From a virus: DNA of 15,384 bases. Below are positions 1-8,152 of this stretch, piece by piece. The notes under the pieces were generated by a model. It saw only the letters and a program-made list of their open reading frames with translations. It was not told where the DNA came from and ran no database searches. The stretch lies in the UHGV virus genome UHGV-1769846; one strand, 5' to 3'. Each line of letters opens with the position of its first letter. Positions within the stretch are counted from its first letter, which is position 1. A program made the translations under genes and the position numbers.

Positions 1-55
1 GACTATCACTTATTTAAGTGATATTGGTTGTCTGGAGATTCAGGGGGCCAGTCTA
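1..55 (-). mobile_element. Terminal 55 bp of an IS2 element (left inverted repeat end); the element continues beyond the window start
   Basis: Reverse complement of 1-55 is TAGACTGGCCCCCTGAATCTCCAGACAACCAATATCACTTAAATAAGTGATAGTC, which matches the IS2 left end as I remember it from E. coli. Orientation puts the IS2 transposase ORFs on the minus strand, off-window. Confidence 0.8.
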
Positions 56-83
56 CAATCACATTGGCTGTAATGTCTGTCAT
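56..83 (-). pseudogene. 5' remnant of the tailspike gene (P22 gene 9 homolog), interrupted by IS2
   Basis: Minus-strand ATG at 83-81 with GGAG about 8 nt upstream (92-95). It encodes MTDITANVI, matching the conserved P22/Sf6 tailspike N-terminus (MTDITANVVV...). The reading frame then runs into IS2 sequence and stops after 25 codons. Confidence 0.65.
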
Positions 84-141
84 TTAATTTGCTCCAGATG
101 CAAAGAATCGCCGCAGCATGGCCACGGTGAATTTTGGGCAT

Positions 142-164
142 AAAAAAACCCAGCCGAAGCTGGG
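142..164 (-). terminator. Rho-independent terminator downstream of ant
   Basis: On the minus strand: stem CCCAGC, UUCG tetraloop, GCUGGG, followed by UUUUUUUA (plus-strand A-run 142-148). Lies about 20 nt after the ant stop at 184-186. Confidence 0.7.
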
Positions 165-183
165 TCGTTGCGTTGGTTATCTG

Positions 184-1086
184 TCAGTAATTATGTACTG
201 AAGGAGGTAATTCTTTATTCTTAAGTCTCATCCATGCGGAAAGATTCGTTGGTCCGTCTGGCTCATTGATATCAACATCTCGTGTGTGATTGATTAAAAC
301 GTCTCTCGCCATATCGATAATACGGGAGAACTCATAACCGCAGTCATGACATCTGCCGGAATAGTTCGATTGAATTTGTTTTAGCGCCGGATACAGTTCG
401 CGGAATAATGCCTGTGAGCGGTTGGCATAATCCCATAGCCATACAAGGCTGTTTGCTTCTTTTGCAGAAAGCTCGTTGGTTTTCTTCTCTTGTTTGCCGA
501 TGAACTCACCTTCAAGCACTACCCTGTGGATGTACTCTACTGCTTGTGGTATCTGAGATGCATCAAGCTCTTCAATACTTTCCACATTGAAACGCTGATG
601 AATCATTGCATAAGCTTCTGGGTACATTAGATGCTTTTTGCTGACTAGCATATTTACAGCATCACGAAGCGGAGTCCTGTCATCAACAGATGTTTTCTTC
701 CGTGCATTTGCTGCCTCTCCCTTTGTCCAGTAGTCATGCAGCACAGTAAAGCATTCTTCCTGGTACTGAATCAGTTTATCGCGGATGTCAGCACGAACTT
801 TCTCAGGGTTGATGCTGAACAGCCATCCATTTAACTTCTTCAAAGGAAGGCAGAGTAGCTTACGAAGCTTACCATCAGCGGCAACCATGTTCATATGAAC
901 ACAGTTGAATTTGCTAATCTGCTTCATGAGTTTTGTTTGCTGCGTTGACCAGCTCATTCCGAGGTTTTCAACGATTGGCTTCATCGCAACATATGCAACT
1001 CCGGCAGCCATGGCGGTGATAATTTGCTGACCGTTGAATGGCACGTAAGAGGTGTTCACTGCTTCTAAAATTGCTATACTATTCAT
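184..1086 (-). CDS. ant: Antirepressor (Ant-like, 300 aa)
   Basis: Downstream of arc as in P22 immI. The track ORF begins at a GTG at 1152, but the ATG at 1086 has a GGAGA Shine-Dalgarno 9 nt upstream and gives 300 aa, the length I recall for P22 Ant. N-terminal region resembles phage antirepressor (AntA-type) domains. Confidence 0.75.
   Translation of the reverse strand: MNSIAILEAVNTSYVPFNGQQIITAMAAGVAYVAMKPIVENLGMSWSTQQTKLMKQISKFNCVHMNMVAADGKLRKLLCLPLKKLNGWLFSINPEKVRADIRDKLIQYQEECFTVLHDYWTKGEAANARKKTSVDDRTPLRDAVNMLVSKKHLMYPEAYAMIHQRFNVESIEELDASQIPQAVEYIHRVVLEGEFIGKQEKKTNELSAKEANSLVWLWDYANRSQALFRELYPALKQIQSNYSGRCHDCGYEFSRIIDMARDVLINHTRDVDINEPDGPTNLSAWMRLKNKELPPSVHNY
1072..1080 (+). promoter_or_regulatory. 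Candidate extended -10 promoter (TGcTATACT) for an antisense sar-like RNA
   Basis: TGCTATACT on the plus strand inside the first codons of ant, pointing away from ant toward arc. Position is analogous to Psar of P22. Confidence 0.35.
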
Positions 1087-1087
1087 G

Positions 1088-1166
1088 TTGGTTTTTCTCC
1101 ACGGATTTACCGACAACCGAAGCCCTGACTGTTCCAGCAGTTGGGGCTTCACTGTTTTGATTTCTT
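1088..1166 (+). ncRNA. Putative sar-like antisense small RNA covering the ant ribosome-binding site
   Basis: Candidate promoter at 1072-1080 and a plus-strand-specific terminator: 13-bp stem 1119-1131/1138-1150 with two G-U wobbles (A-C mismatches on the other strand), 6-nt loop, then ACUGUUUUGAUUUCUUUG. The transcript would be antisense to the ant SD at 1091-1100. Confidence 0.4.
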
Positions 1167-1318
1167 TGCCGCATCAAGCATCACTTCTGAAAACGTGCGC
1201 TTGCCACTGAATACTCTTTCTCTTCTCAATTTTTCGTTCGTGCCAAATGATTCGCCATGAACAAAATTTGGTCTTAAAATGGTAATCGCAATCTCTTTGA
1301 CTACTGCATCCAAGCGAA

Positions 1319-1471
1319 TCACACCGTTACCCCCTCTCTCTTCAGGCTGTCTATCAGGCGCTTGATAACCTCTGAGTTAAACGACCTGCACTCTTCCTTT
1401 GCCCTGCTACCGATAGCATCCTTTAACGACTGCGGCATCCTTACCAAAATCTTACTTATTTCTTTCTCCAT
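1319..1471 (-). CDS. arc: Arc-like ribbon-helix-helix repressor (50 aa)
   Basis: Translation ISKILVRMPQSLKDAIGSRAKEECRSFNSEVIKRLIDSLKREG aligns with P22 Arc (FNLRWPREVLDLVRKVAEENGRSVNSEIYQRVMESFKKEG). Start taken at the ATG at 1471 with GGAGGG 4 nt upstream, not the TTG at 1507 used by the track. Confidence 0.8.
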   Translation of the reverse strand: MEKEISKILVRMPQSLKDAIGSRAKEECRSFNSEVIKRLIDSLKREGVTV

Positions 1472-1507
1472 GTTACCCTCCACGCAAACAACTCTTTTCG
1501 AATACAA

Positions 1508-1565
1508 AAGATAGCAAAGTGAGTATATCTAGTCAAAATTTTTTTGCATACACTTTGCTATCAAA
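1508..1565. promoter_or_regulatory. Divergent immI control region (Pant-like promoter and candidate Arc/Mnt operators)
   Basis: Minus-strand promoter TTGACT (plus 1531-1536), 17-bp spacer, TATCTT (plus 1508-1513), upstream of arc. Inverted repeat arms ATAGCAAAGTG (1511-1521) and CACTTTGCTAT (1551-1561) flank a 29-bp AT-rich core. The plus-strand mnt promoter is not cleanly resolved. Confidence 0.5.
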
Positions 1566-1585
1566 TTGAATACCAAAGGTGTTAT

Positions 1586-1834
1586 ATGGCAAAGGGTGTG
1601 TCAATTTCTCCAACTACGGTAAGAATCCCTGAATCTTTACGCGAGGCTCTTGCTGTCAGAGCATCAAAAAATGGTCGCTCTGTTAACTCCGAGATCGTCA
1701 TGATTTTGCAAGCCGCGATTGATGAAGATAGGTCGCCAAAGTCAGTTGAGTCATTTGCTCAGCAAGAAGCTGATAAATTCAAAGAGGCGCTACTTGAGAC
1801 GCTAAAGACCATGTATGCTAAGGATGAAAAATAA
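1586..1834 (+). CDS. mnt: Mnt-like ribbon-helix-helix repressor (82 aa)
   Basis: Translation MAKGVSISPTTVRIPESLREALAVRASKNGRSVNSEIVMILQAAI...FKEALLETLKTMYAK resembles P22 Mnt in both the RHH region and the C-terminal helix. ATG at 1586 is preceded by AGGTG; the track's TTG start at 1544 is rejected. Confidence 0.8.
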   Translation: MAKGVSISPTTVRIPESLREALAVRASKNGRSVNSEIVMILQAAIDEDRSPKSVESFAQQEADKFKEALLETLKTMYAKDEK

Positions 1835-2370
1835 TGCTGCACACAATTCATTTCTTATGCCCTGTTAACACTGCCACTGTTGGGCAACTTCAGAACCACT
1901 GTCTCACCGCATTATCTCAAGGCGCAACTGAATTAAATATCCATATATCAAGTCAGGGAGGGGAAACTGCTGCTGGCTTTACTGCGTATAACTTTCTTAA
2001 GTCACTCCCTGTTACCGTTAGAACTCACAACATAAGCAATGTTGAATCCATAGCTAATATCGTTTTCCTGGCTGGCTCAGAACGTTTCGCAAACCCATTA
2101 TCAAGATTCCTGTTACATCCTCTATTATGGTGCTTTGCCTCCCCAGCCGCCGACCATGCCAGATTGAGAGAGTACGGGAAATGCCTCGATAACGATCTTG
2201 ATCGCTTCGTTGAGACGTTCAATATCGACATCGGAACCCATATTAGGTGGGCATCCCTGATAGCAGACTCGACCATTTTGGATGCTAACAAGGCTCTTGA
2301 GCATGGCATAATTAATTCCATAAAAACTGCAAGGCTGGCATCCAATCAGGCAAACTGGTGGGTTGTTTGA
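1834..2370 (+). CDS. ClpP-like (S14-type) serine peptidase homolog, 178 aa
   Basis: Start overlaps the mnt stop (TAATG). Sequence NIHISSQGGETAAGFTAYNFLKSLPVTVRTHNISNVESIANIVFLAGSERFANPLSRFLLHPLL parallels the ClpP core (YINSPGG...AG..IYD...V.T.C.GQAASMG..LL.AG....R...P.SRVMIHQP). Candidate triad Ser72, His95, Asp145. Confidence 0.7.
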   Translation: MLHTIHFLCPVNTATVGQLQNHCLTALSQGATELNIHISSQGGETAAGFTAYNFLKSLPVTVRTHNISNVESIANIVFLAGSERFANPLSRFLLHPLLWCFASPAADHARLREYGKCLDNDLDRFVETFNIDIGTHIRWASLIADSTILDANKALEHGIINSIKTARLASNQANWWVV

Positions 2371-2394
2371 TGGGTAAATCATGATTACTCCTTA

Positions 2395-2420
2395 TAAAAA
2401 ACCCACCTGACGGTGGGTTT
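2395..2420. terminator. Bidirectional rho-independent terminator between convergent operons
   Basis: Stem CCCACC (2402-2407), loop TGAC, GGTGGG (2412-2417). Flanked by an A-run (2395-2401), giving a U-run for the minus transcript, and TTT on the plus side. Confidence 0.65.
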
Positions 2421-2868
2421 AGTCAAACATAGTGTTTCTAAAGTCTCTCGCATACCCTGCTAACACTCTCATTCTATTATGATTGTTAGCAGACATGTGA
2501 GCTACAGGATGAAAAAGAGCAATCAATGAATACCTGTTCTCATCAAAAAGATTTTGTGCATAAACGAGAGCGGTATTGGATGTTTTATGCCACTGCAACT
2601 TTTGCGGTGTGCTGATATCTGTGCCATTTTTTATTGGCTCAAATTTATTTTCACCAATTGCTAAATGAAGGTGCATAAGGCCTGCATCTTCAATATCAGG
2701 AGGTCGATGATAAGAGGTGTCTCTGCCAAAATAGCTGGGCAACGTTCCCGTAGACTTGTAGATGATAAAATCATCTACAAGTGTTTGTTTTAAATCAGGA
2801 AACTCAACAAAAACCGGGGAGAAAAAATAGTCAAAACTATCCTGATTATATTCCACGGTTACTTGCAT
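2419..2868 (-). CDS. YafO-family toxin-like protein (149 aa)
   Basis: Motifs DDFIIYKSTGTLPSYFGRD, HLHLA, ALVYAQNLFDE, LIALFHP and NNHNRM line up with E. coli YafO as recalled (FISYKRDGVLPDIFGRD, HIHLA, HLVYCQGAFDE, LIAILKP, NNQMH). GAGGT sits 5 nt upstream of the ATG, and the start is 8 nt after the upstream gene's stop. Confidence 0.7.
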   Translation of the reverse strand: MQVTVEYNQDSFDYFFSPVFVEFPDLKQTLVDDFIIYKSTGTLPSYFGRDTSYHRPPDIEDAGLMHLHLAIGENKFEPIKNGTDISTPQKLQWHKTSNTALVYAQNLFDENRYSLIALFHPVAHMSANNHNRMRVLAGYARDFRNTMFD

Positions 2869-2876
2869 GTTTTACC

Positions 2877-3443
2877 TCAGTGGAAGTTACCAGAGTGAAA
2901 CACACGAGTCCCGTGCTCAGCAAGCGCACGCAAACCAGCCATATCTACGGAACTATCAAAAACAACCGGAACACATGAGCGTTGTTTAATAAGACTATTC
3001 AGGTTGGTTACGGCAGATCTGGCATCAGCAACAACGATATAGATATCTCTTGCGATCTCTTTAAAATCAGCAGAAGCTTCTTTGAATACCGATTTCATTG
3101 CCCCTTCAAGTCCTCTCAATTGATGCTCTATCAATCGAGACTTTTCTGGTTCAATGATAGACAACACATTGTCTACATTCTCATCGGTAGCGTTTGCAAG
3201 AACACGATAAGCGTATTTCAGCATTCGAGACAATTCTTTAATCGAAGACACCGCCTCATGAAGCTCATCATTAGCCCGTTCACTGCTGAATGAGGATTGA
3301 TGGTAAGCGTGCTGAACGTTATCAGTAACAACCACCTCACAACTGAACGCAGAAGCTTGCTGTAATAGCAAACCTATTGCGACTCCAGCTTTGGCAGCGT
3401 TCAAGCTAAACATTTCATCAATCCCATTAGTCTCATTGCTCAT
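2877..3443 (-). CDS. Hypothetical protein (188 aa), upstream partner of the YafO-like gene; no recognisable family
   Basis: ATG at 3443 with a strong AAGGAGG Shine-Dalgarno 5 nt upstream; the track's TTG at 3473 is rejected. Predicted largely helical, with no DNA-binding antitoxin fold that I recognise. Confidence 0.65.
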   Translation of the reverse strand: MSNETNGIDEMFSLNAAKAGVAIGLLLQQASAFSCEVVVTDNVQHAYHQSSFSSERANDELHEAVSSIKELSRMLKYAYRVLANATDENVDNVLSIIEPEKSRLIEHQLRGLEGAMKSVFKEASADFKEIARDIYIVVADARSAVTNLNSLIKQRSCVPVVFDSSVDMAGLRALAEHGTRVFHSGNFH

Positions 3444-3510
3444 ACAAACCTCCTTCTTATCGGAGATTATCAATAGCTATGCATCCATTGAATACACGCT
3501 ATGCGCAATA

Positions 3511-3539
3511 AGTTTACGTCACGTGATATCATTATGCAA
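3511..3539 (-). promoter_or_regulatory. Sigma70-like promoter with palindromic operator candidates for the 188-aa/YafO-like operon
   Basis: Minus strand TTGCAT (plus 3534-3539), 17-bp spacer, TAAACT (plus 3511-3516). The spacer holds overlapping palindromes TCACGTGA (3519-3526) and TGATATCA (3524-3531). Confidence 0.5.
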
Positions 3540-3618
3540 CCACCGTTCTATCACCGACTAACTTTACTCCCACTCCTATACATCATCTGGTATCCTGCGC
3601 AAAACTAAGGAGGTTGGT

Positions 3619-3969
3619 GTGAATGCTCAGTCTGTCATCATGGTTTTCCTTGGGCTGATTGTCGCAAAACTATATCCAGACTGGTGGAAAGGGGCATTAG
3701 CTACTGTCGCCATCTATTTGCTTTTATCCATCGTTAAGCGATCACTCGCTGAGACCGTAAATCAAGCAAAACGTTTCTCATTTAAGAGTTTAATAAACTA
3801 TGTTACTGGGCTTATTTTTTGCCTTTCAATTCTGATCGCTTCGGCTTTTTTGCCCGTATCAATAGCTAATTTTTTTGGCGCACCATATGAGGTAGGTTAT
3901 CTATTCTCTGTTTCCTGTCTTGCCATTGCTCTTCTTTACCTGTGGACGAGATCAAAGAATAAAAATTAG
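3619..3969 (+). CDS. Small integral membrane protein (116 aa, about 4 predicted TM helices); possible superinfection-exclusion type moron
   Basis: GTG start at 3619 with a near-perfect TAAGGAGGT 5 nt upstream. Four hydrophobic segments and a basic C-terminal tail (RSKNKN). Convergent with gene 16. Confidence 0.65.
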   Translation: MNAQSVIMVFLGLIVAKLYPDWWKGALATVAIYLLLSIVKRSLAETVNQAKRFSFKSLINYVTGLIFCLSILIASAFLPVSIANFFGAPYEVGYLFSVSCLAIALLYLWTRSKNKN

Positions 3970-3986
3970 CCATCCGTGGCTGCCAG

Positions 3987-6002
3987 TTATTGAGCTTCTT
4001 TTTGTGATGCCTGTGCGACTCTGGTGAGCGATTGTGTGACCGTACTGATCGCTATGTCATATGCTGTGCTACCTTTTGGCGTATTTGCCAGACGTAACAA
4101 GGCATTTCGTATAACAGGGCTTTCGTATGCCTTCGCAGCTCCTCCTACGACACCAGCAGCAGGAACAACAAACGCAGCCGTTTTTAGCATCCCCGCTAAT
4201 ACTGCTGCGTTTATGATGCCACCACCAACTAACAATCCATAAAGCTGCTGACCATTTAAGTTTTGAACGTTCGCTTTTGCCGCGTGTCTTGTATCGTTGA
4301 GGTATTTAATAACGCCGTCCAGTTCCTTTCCATGTACGCCTTTAAAGAAAGTTGCTGATTGCTTCCTGTTCCGGTGTAACGCATTAATAAACTTTTCAAC
4401 ACTAATATTTCCAGACGGATCAGTCGCCTTATCTACAGCATTCTGAACTATGGCTGCTCGTGCGTTTTGCCTACCATTGTCATCCAGAAGCCTGTAAAGC
4501 TGAGAACGTTCTGATGGGTTTTGGCTAAAAACGAGTTTTGTTACATCCTCAGGTGTAGCCTTGCCGCTGGCTATTGCCTTTTGAACGCGCGTTCTTCCCA
4601 TCATGTCATTGAATCTAGCCCATGAGCGATCAACCCTAGACATATTGGCAGCTTCTTCTGAGCCTAGTTTTTGGGATACTGCTTTTTTCATATCCGCTGT
4701 ATATGCCTTGTAGACAATATCGCTGGCTTTCTGGAGCGTGTCTTTATCAACAGTCTCGTTTGAATTCATGAACCGCTTTCGAAGGTCAGTTCTGTTTTCT
4801 CTCGCCAGACGCAGGTCATTGGGTCCGCTGGTGATATCGTCTTTAAATTGCTGCAAGACTTTTACCGCGGCTCTATCCTGAGATTTGCCCGGGCGGCTTA
4901 ACACGGCAATCTGATTGTCGATAGCTTTTACCGTGTTTGAGAGATCGACAGGGGTATCCCCCATAGCGTCAATTATGCGGTTATATCGCTTTCCTGCTGC
5001 CTCAATGAATTTTTGTTGCCCTTTAGTCGCAGATTCATAAAGCTGTTTATCAGAAATGCCACCCAGACCATCGCTAAATGTTCTGACTAAATTTTCTCGT
5101 GCTTGTTGTTGATTCAGCCGATTCTTACCGGTTCCAAAAAAAGGAACTCTTTCGCCTAATGTCTGAGCCTGACTCTGCATAAAGGTTTTATCTTTCAGCG
5201 TGTCACTGGTCATTAACGGCAGGTTTCTTTCCGACGCAAAATCGACAGCAGCCTTTGCTTCCGGTGACATCTCACCGCGAACAGCCCTGGAAACCGCACT
5301 AACTGTATTTTCCAGCCCCTTGCCAACACCACCAATGCCAGCAGAAATTACCGTTTGTGCAGGATCAATATCTTCTCCGCCAGCAAGGCTGGTGCCACCC
5401 TGTAGTGCTAAATCTGTAGCAGCTGATTTCCCTATGGCACCAAGCACCGTTCCAGCCCTGCCCGCTGGTGTGAACGCTAACGCATTAGCAAGAAACGAAG
5501 TCAGGTCTTGCGGTGATAAACCTGGCTTGTTCAGGGCATAATCACCGGATGGCAGGGAAACGATAGTGTTACCCTTCTCATCCTGCCTTAATTTCGCCCC
5601 CATACTCTGAAGAATCTTTTCCTGAGACGCGTCGGAGCCGAAAAGTTGAGACCATCCAGCCTTCAGGGCATCCATGCTTAGTGAGTTCAACTCAGGGGCA
5701 GCCCCAACATTTTGCAGTCTCTCCATTTCTGGTGTCATTCGGCTTTCACCGGTAACGGCATCGCGCATTGCAGCACCTAAAACAGCCCCTTGCTCAGCAG
5801 AGCGATCTAGTCCTTCCTTCTGCTGAGTGGCAAGCTGTGCATATCCTGATGCAAGTGAGTTGTCTGCTGGCGATTGCTGAACACCTTGTTGTGTTGGCGC
5901 TGACTGACCAGCAAAATACTCATCAATGGCGGACCCAATATCTTCCGTGCTCGTACCATCAGGAAAGGTAAATGTCTTACCATTTGCAGTTACTTTCATC
6001 AT
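3987..6002 (-). CDS. Ejection (injection) protein, P22 gp16 homolog (671 aa)
   Basis: Last gene of the gp7-gp20-gp16 trio by synteny. ATGA start/stop overlap with the upstream gene at 5999-6002. Large Ala/Gly-rich protein. Confidence 0.8.
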   Translation of the reverse strand: MMKVTANGKTFTFPDGTSTEDIGSAIDEYFAGQSAPTQQGVQQSPADNSLASGYAQLATQQKEGLDRSAEQGAVLGAAMRDAVTGESRMTPEMERLQNVGAAPELNSLSMDALKAGWSQLFGSDASQEKILQSMGAKLRQDEKGNTIVSLPSGDYALNKPGLSPQDLTSFLANALAFTPAGRAGTVLGAIGKSAATDLALQGGTSLAGGEDIDPAQTVISAGIGGVGKGLENTVSAVSRAVRGEMSPEAKAAVDFASERNLPLMTSDTLKDKTFMQSQAQTLGERVPFFGTGKNRLNQQQARENLVRTFSDGLGGISDKQLYESATKGQQKFIEAAGKRYNRIIDAMGDTPVDLSNTVKAIDNQIAVLSRPGKSQDRAAVKVLQQFKDDITSGPNDLRLARENRTDLRKRFMNSNETVDKDTLQKASDIVYKAYTADMKKAVSQKLGSEEAANMSRVDRSWARFNDMMGRTRVQKAIASGKATPEDVTKLVFSQNPSERSQLYRLLDDNGRQNARAAIVQNAVDKATDPSGNISVEKFINALHRNRKQSATFFKGVHGKELDGVIKYLNDTRHAAKANVQNLNGQQLYGLLVGGGIINAAVLAGMLKTAAFVVPAAGVVGGAAKAYESPVIRNALLRLANTPKGSTAYDIAISTVTQSLTRVAQASQKEAQ

Positions 6003-7450
6003 TCCACCGTAAATTGAATGCCTGATTTTGACGTGTAGCTACCTCCTGCTGATTGCTGAGTAGCTGGCTGTTGCCTTGATGATTTCTTCCCGCCATTACC
6101 AACATTAACGTTATATTGCTGGTTGTAATTGTCGGTATATTGCTGAATGTCGCGCATTGATTGTTGCAGCGCTTCAGGACTTGAGAAATCAGGCTTTGGC
6201 ATACCCTGAAAATACCTATTGGCCTCTGCTTCGGTGTTGATGCCAGATGCCCCCATATCTCGGGCTGCTGCAATCCCCTGATTTTGCATTTTGCCCATGA
6301 TTCGCTGTGCAGCGTTGTATAGCCTCCTCTCCTCAACACCAGATGCCCTGCTACGAATATCTGCACCAAGAGCAAAAGAACCTGAAGAACCTGTAATACC
6401 TGTCATGAAGCCAAGATCGTCAATTGATGCGCCAGAAATTGCATCAAGATCTTTCTTCATTTCGTAATTCTGTGCATTAGCTGCCGATGTAGCCGGAGCA
6501 GCAATAGAACTGGCGGGGACGCGAATCATATTGCCCTCGTTGTCTATTCCTTCGTAGAACGCATTAGCACCAGCGCCGTGAAGCTTCCTACCAACCGTTA
6601 CCGTTCTGCCATCTGCCAGTTGCACAACATTCTCCCCGCCAGCATCAGGACGACCTCGAACACGAAGATATGTCTTTTGTTGCTCTGGAGACAGGCTGTT
6701 GAAATATTGATATTCTTTAACAGATGCAGGAACAGCACCTCCAGCAGTGCGCAGGGAGTTTTCACGGCTAACAGCAATGCTTTGCGCCTTTAAACCTTCC
6801 CCAGCTTTATTGCTGCGAATCGTCTCTGCCAACTTGCCACGCTCAATATCCCGACCTTCCATTTGATCTTTGATATCGAAATACTTCTCATGACCGAGAG
6901 AAAATAGTGCCAGATTACCTGCGAAGTGCTGGAAGCCCTGCGGGTCATTAACCTGCATTTCCGCAATAGTTTCTGGAGGGATACCTAAACGACGCATCTC
7001 CTTTTCGTTATCCATCATGAACCTGCCAAATGCACCCGGACCAAGCGACGAAGCGACCTGAGCCTTAAGCGCCAGATTGCCAAAATCATCCCGCTGGGCG
7101 TCATCGACATACCCCATGCCTTTACGGACTTCCTCAAACTCTTCGGGGAATGCTGTAATAAGATTACGCATCTGCTCCCTGTCGCCGGACGCATAAGCAT
7201 CCGCATAACCTTTCTGGAATGCCGCTTTACGCTCCTGCTTTTGCTGCTGCTTATAAATATCAGCAACTCCAGCCAGACCACGAAGACCTGTCAGAGCAAC
7301 GTTATTTGCACCTGATCGAGCCAGTTCATTGTTTTCGCGGATCAGACCAAGCGTTGCGTTAATGTCGCTTGCCTTTGGCGCATTCTCATTTTGCGTACCG
7401 ATGCCAGCCAGAAACCCACCAGAATTAATACCCTGTTGCCACGTAGCCAT
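5999..7450 (-). CDS. Ejection protein, P22 gp20 homolog (483 aa)
   Basis: Synteny and size (P22 gp20 about 471 aa). AAGGG Shine-Dalgarno upstream of the ATG at 7450. Confidence 0.8.
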   Translation of the reverse strand: MATWQQGINSGGFLAGIGTQNENAPKASDINATLGLIRENNELARSGANNVALTGLRGLAGVADIYKQQQKQERKAAFQKGYADAYASGDREQMRNLITAFPEEFEEVRKGMGYVDDAQRDDFGNLALKAQVASSLGPGAFGRFMMDNEKEMRRLGIPPETIAEMQVNDPQGFQHFAGNLALFSLGHEKYFDIKDQMEGRDIERGKLAETIRSNKAGEGLKAQSIAVSRENSLRTAGGAVPASVKEYQYFNSLSPEQQKTYLRVRGRPDAGGENVVQLADGRTVTVGRKLHGAGANAFYEGIDNEGNMIRVPASSIAAPATSAANAQNYEMKKDLDAISGASIDDLGFMTGITGSSGSFALGADIRSRASGVEERRLYNAAQRIMGKMQNQGIAAARDMGASGINTEAEANRYFQGMPKPDFSSPEALQQSMRDIQQYTDNYNQQYNVNVGNGGKKSSRQQPATQQSAGGSYTSKSGIQFTVE

Positions 7451-7460
7451 TGATTAACCC

Positions 7461-8150
7461 TTAAAACAGTGAACCAAGCAGACCAAGACCAGCACCAATA
7501 CCAGCCCCCCACGGAGTTGATAGCTCGAGAGCACTGGCTATGCCACCACCCAAAAGCGCACCGGATGCAGCACCACTAACACCCTGCTGCAATGCTGACG
7601 GTCGGTTGGCGTTTGCCGCCGCCAGTGCTGCACTTTGCTGCGAAATCTGACTCATGTTGTTGGCATATGTCTGCCCGGCGTTTGCCTGACCTTGCAGTGC
7701 GCCAAGACCAATATTTGCCAGATTCTGGTAGTTGTTCATTTGTCCAGATAGCCATTGCTGACCAAGCGTTGGTGCGATTGTTGCTAACTGATTACTGGTT
7801 GAGGTGGAACCCAATCCACCTGTTGCTTCCGCTGCCGCCAGACTCTGATAGCGAGCCTGACCTGCAAGGTCTTTATACTGCTGAGAGTTGTAATACTGGT
7901 TAAGTGCCTGACCTTGCCCCTCCAGAGACGATAAGTTCTCGAGGCTGCCGACATACTTCTCAGCCAGAGGAGTAAACGGCTTCAGGTTATTCATGATGGT
8001 GTTGAACTGCTGATTTTGCAGGTCTGCGGCATACTTCTGAGCTTCTGCGGCATACTTTGCACTTTTATCGGAGCCACCTTTCCCGCCTTTTTCAGGGCAA
8101 TAAGGTTCCTCGCCGCGCAGTTTTCTGCCCAGCTTAAATGCATATAACAT
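7461..8150 (-). CDS. Ejection protein, P22 gp7 homolog (229 aa)
   Basis: Same length as P22 gp7 as I recall it. Gln/Gly/Ala-rich with a Gly-rich hydrophobic C-terminus. GGGAGA Shine-Dalgarno upstream. Confidence 0.8.
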   Translation of the reverse strand: MLYAFKLGRKLRGEEPYCPEKGGKGGSDKSAKYAAEAQKYAADLQNQQFNTIMNNLKPFTPLAEKYVGSLENLSSLEGQGQALNQYYNSQQYKDLAGQARYQSLAAAEATGGLGSTSTSNQLATIAPTLGQQWLSGQMNNYQNLANIGLGALQGQANAGQTYANNMSQISQQSAALAAANANRPSALQQGVSGAASGALLGGGIASALELSTPWGAGIGAGLGLLGSLF

Positions 8151-8152
8151 GG

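Noticed and set aside
3-24. Perfect palindrome ATCACTTA-TT-TAAGTGAT near the window start, resembling an operator
   Set aside because: It lies inside the IS2 terminal inverted repeat, so it is part of the IS end and not an independent phage or host operator.
1087-1152. N-terminal extension of ant to the GTG at 1152 (322-aa track ORF)
   Set aside because: The ATG at 1086 has a well-spaced GGAGA SD and gives the expected 300 aa; the extension would run through the hairpin region and has no RBS.
1472-1585. TTG-initiated extensions of arc (to 1507) and mnt (from 1544)
   Set aside because: Both extensions run into the divergent promoter/operator region and lack an SD; the internal ATGs have good SD sequences and give Arc- and Mnt-sized proteins.
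2025-2382. Two minus-strand ORFs (106 aa and 85 aa) inside the ClpP-like gene
   Set aside because: They are antisense to a gene with clear family similarity, have no RBS and show no recognisable features; treated as chance ORFs.
4024-5971. Plus-strand ORFs (72, 113 and 67 aa) inside the gp16 homolog
   Set aside because: Antisense to a syntenic structural gene; the Ala/Pro-rich translations are what the reverse strand of an Ala/Gly-rich gene produces.
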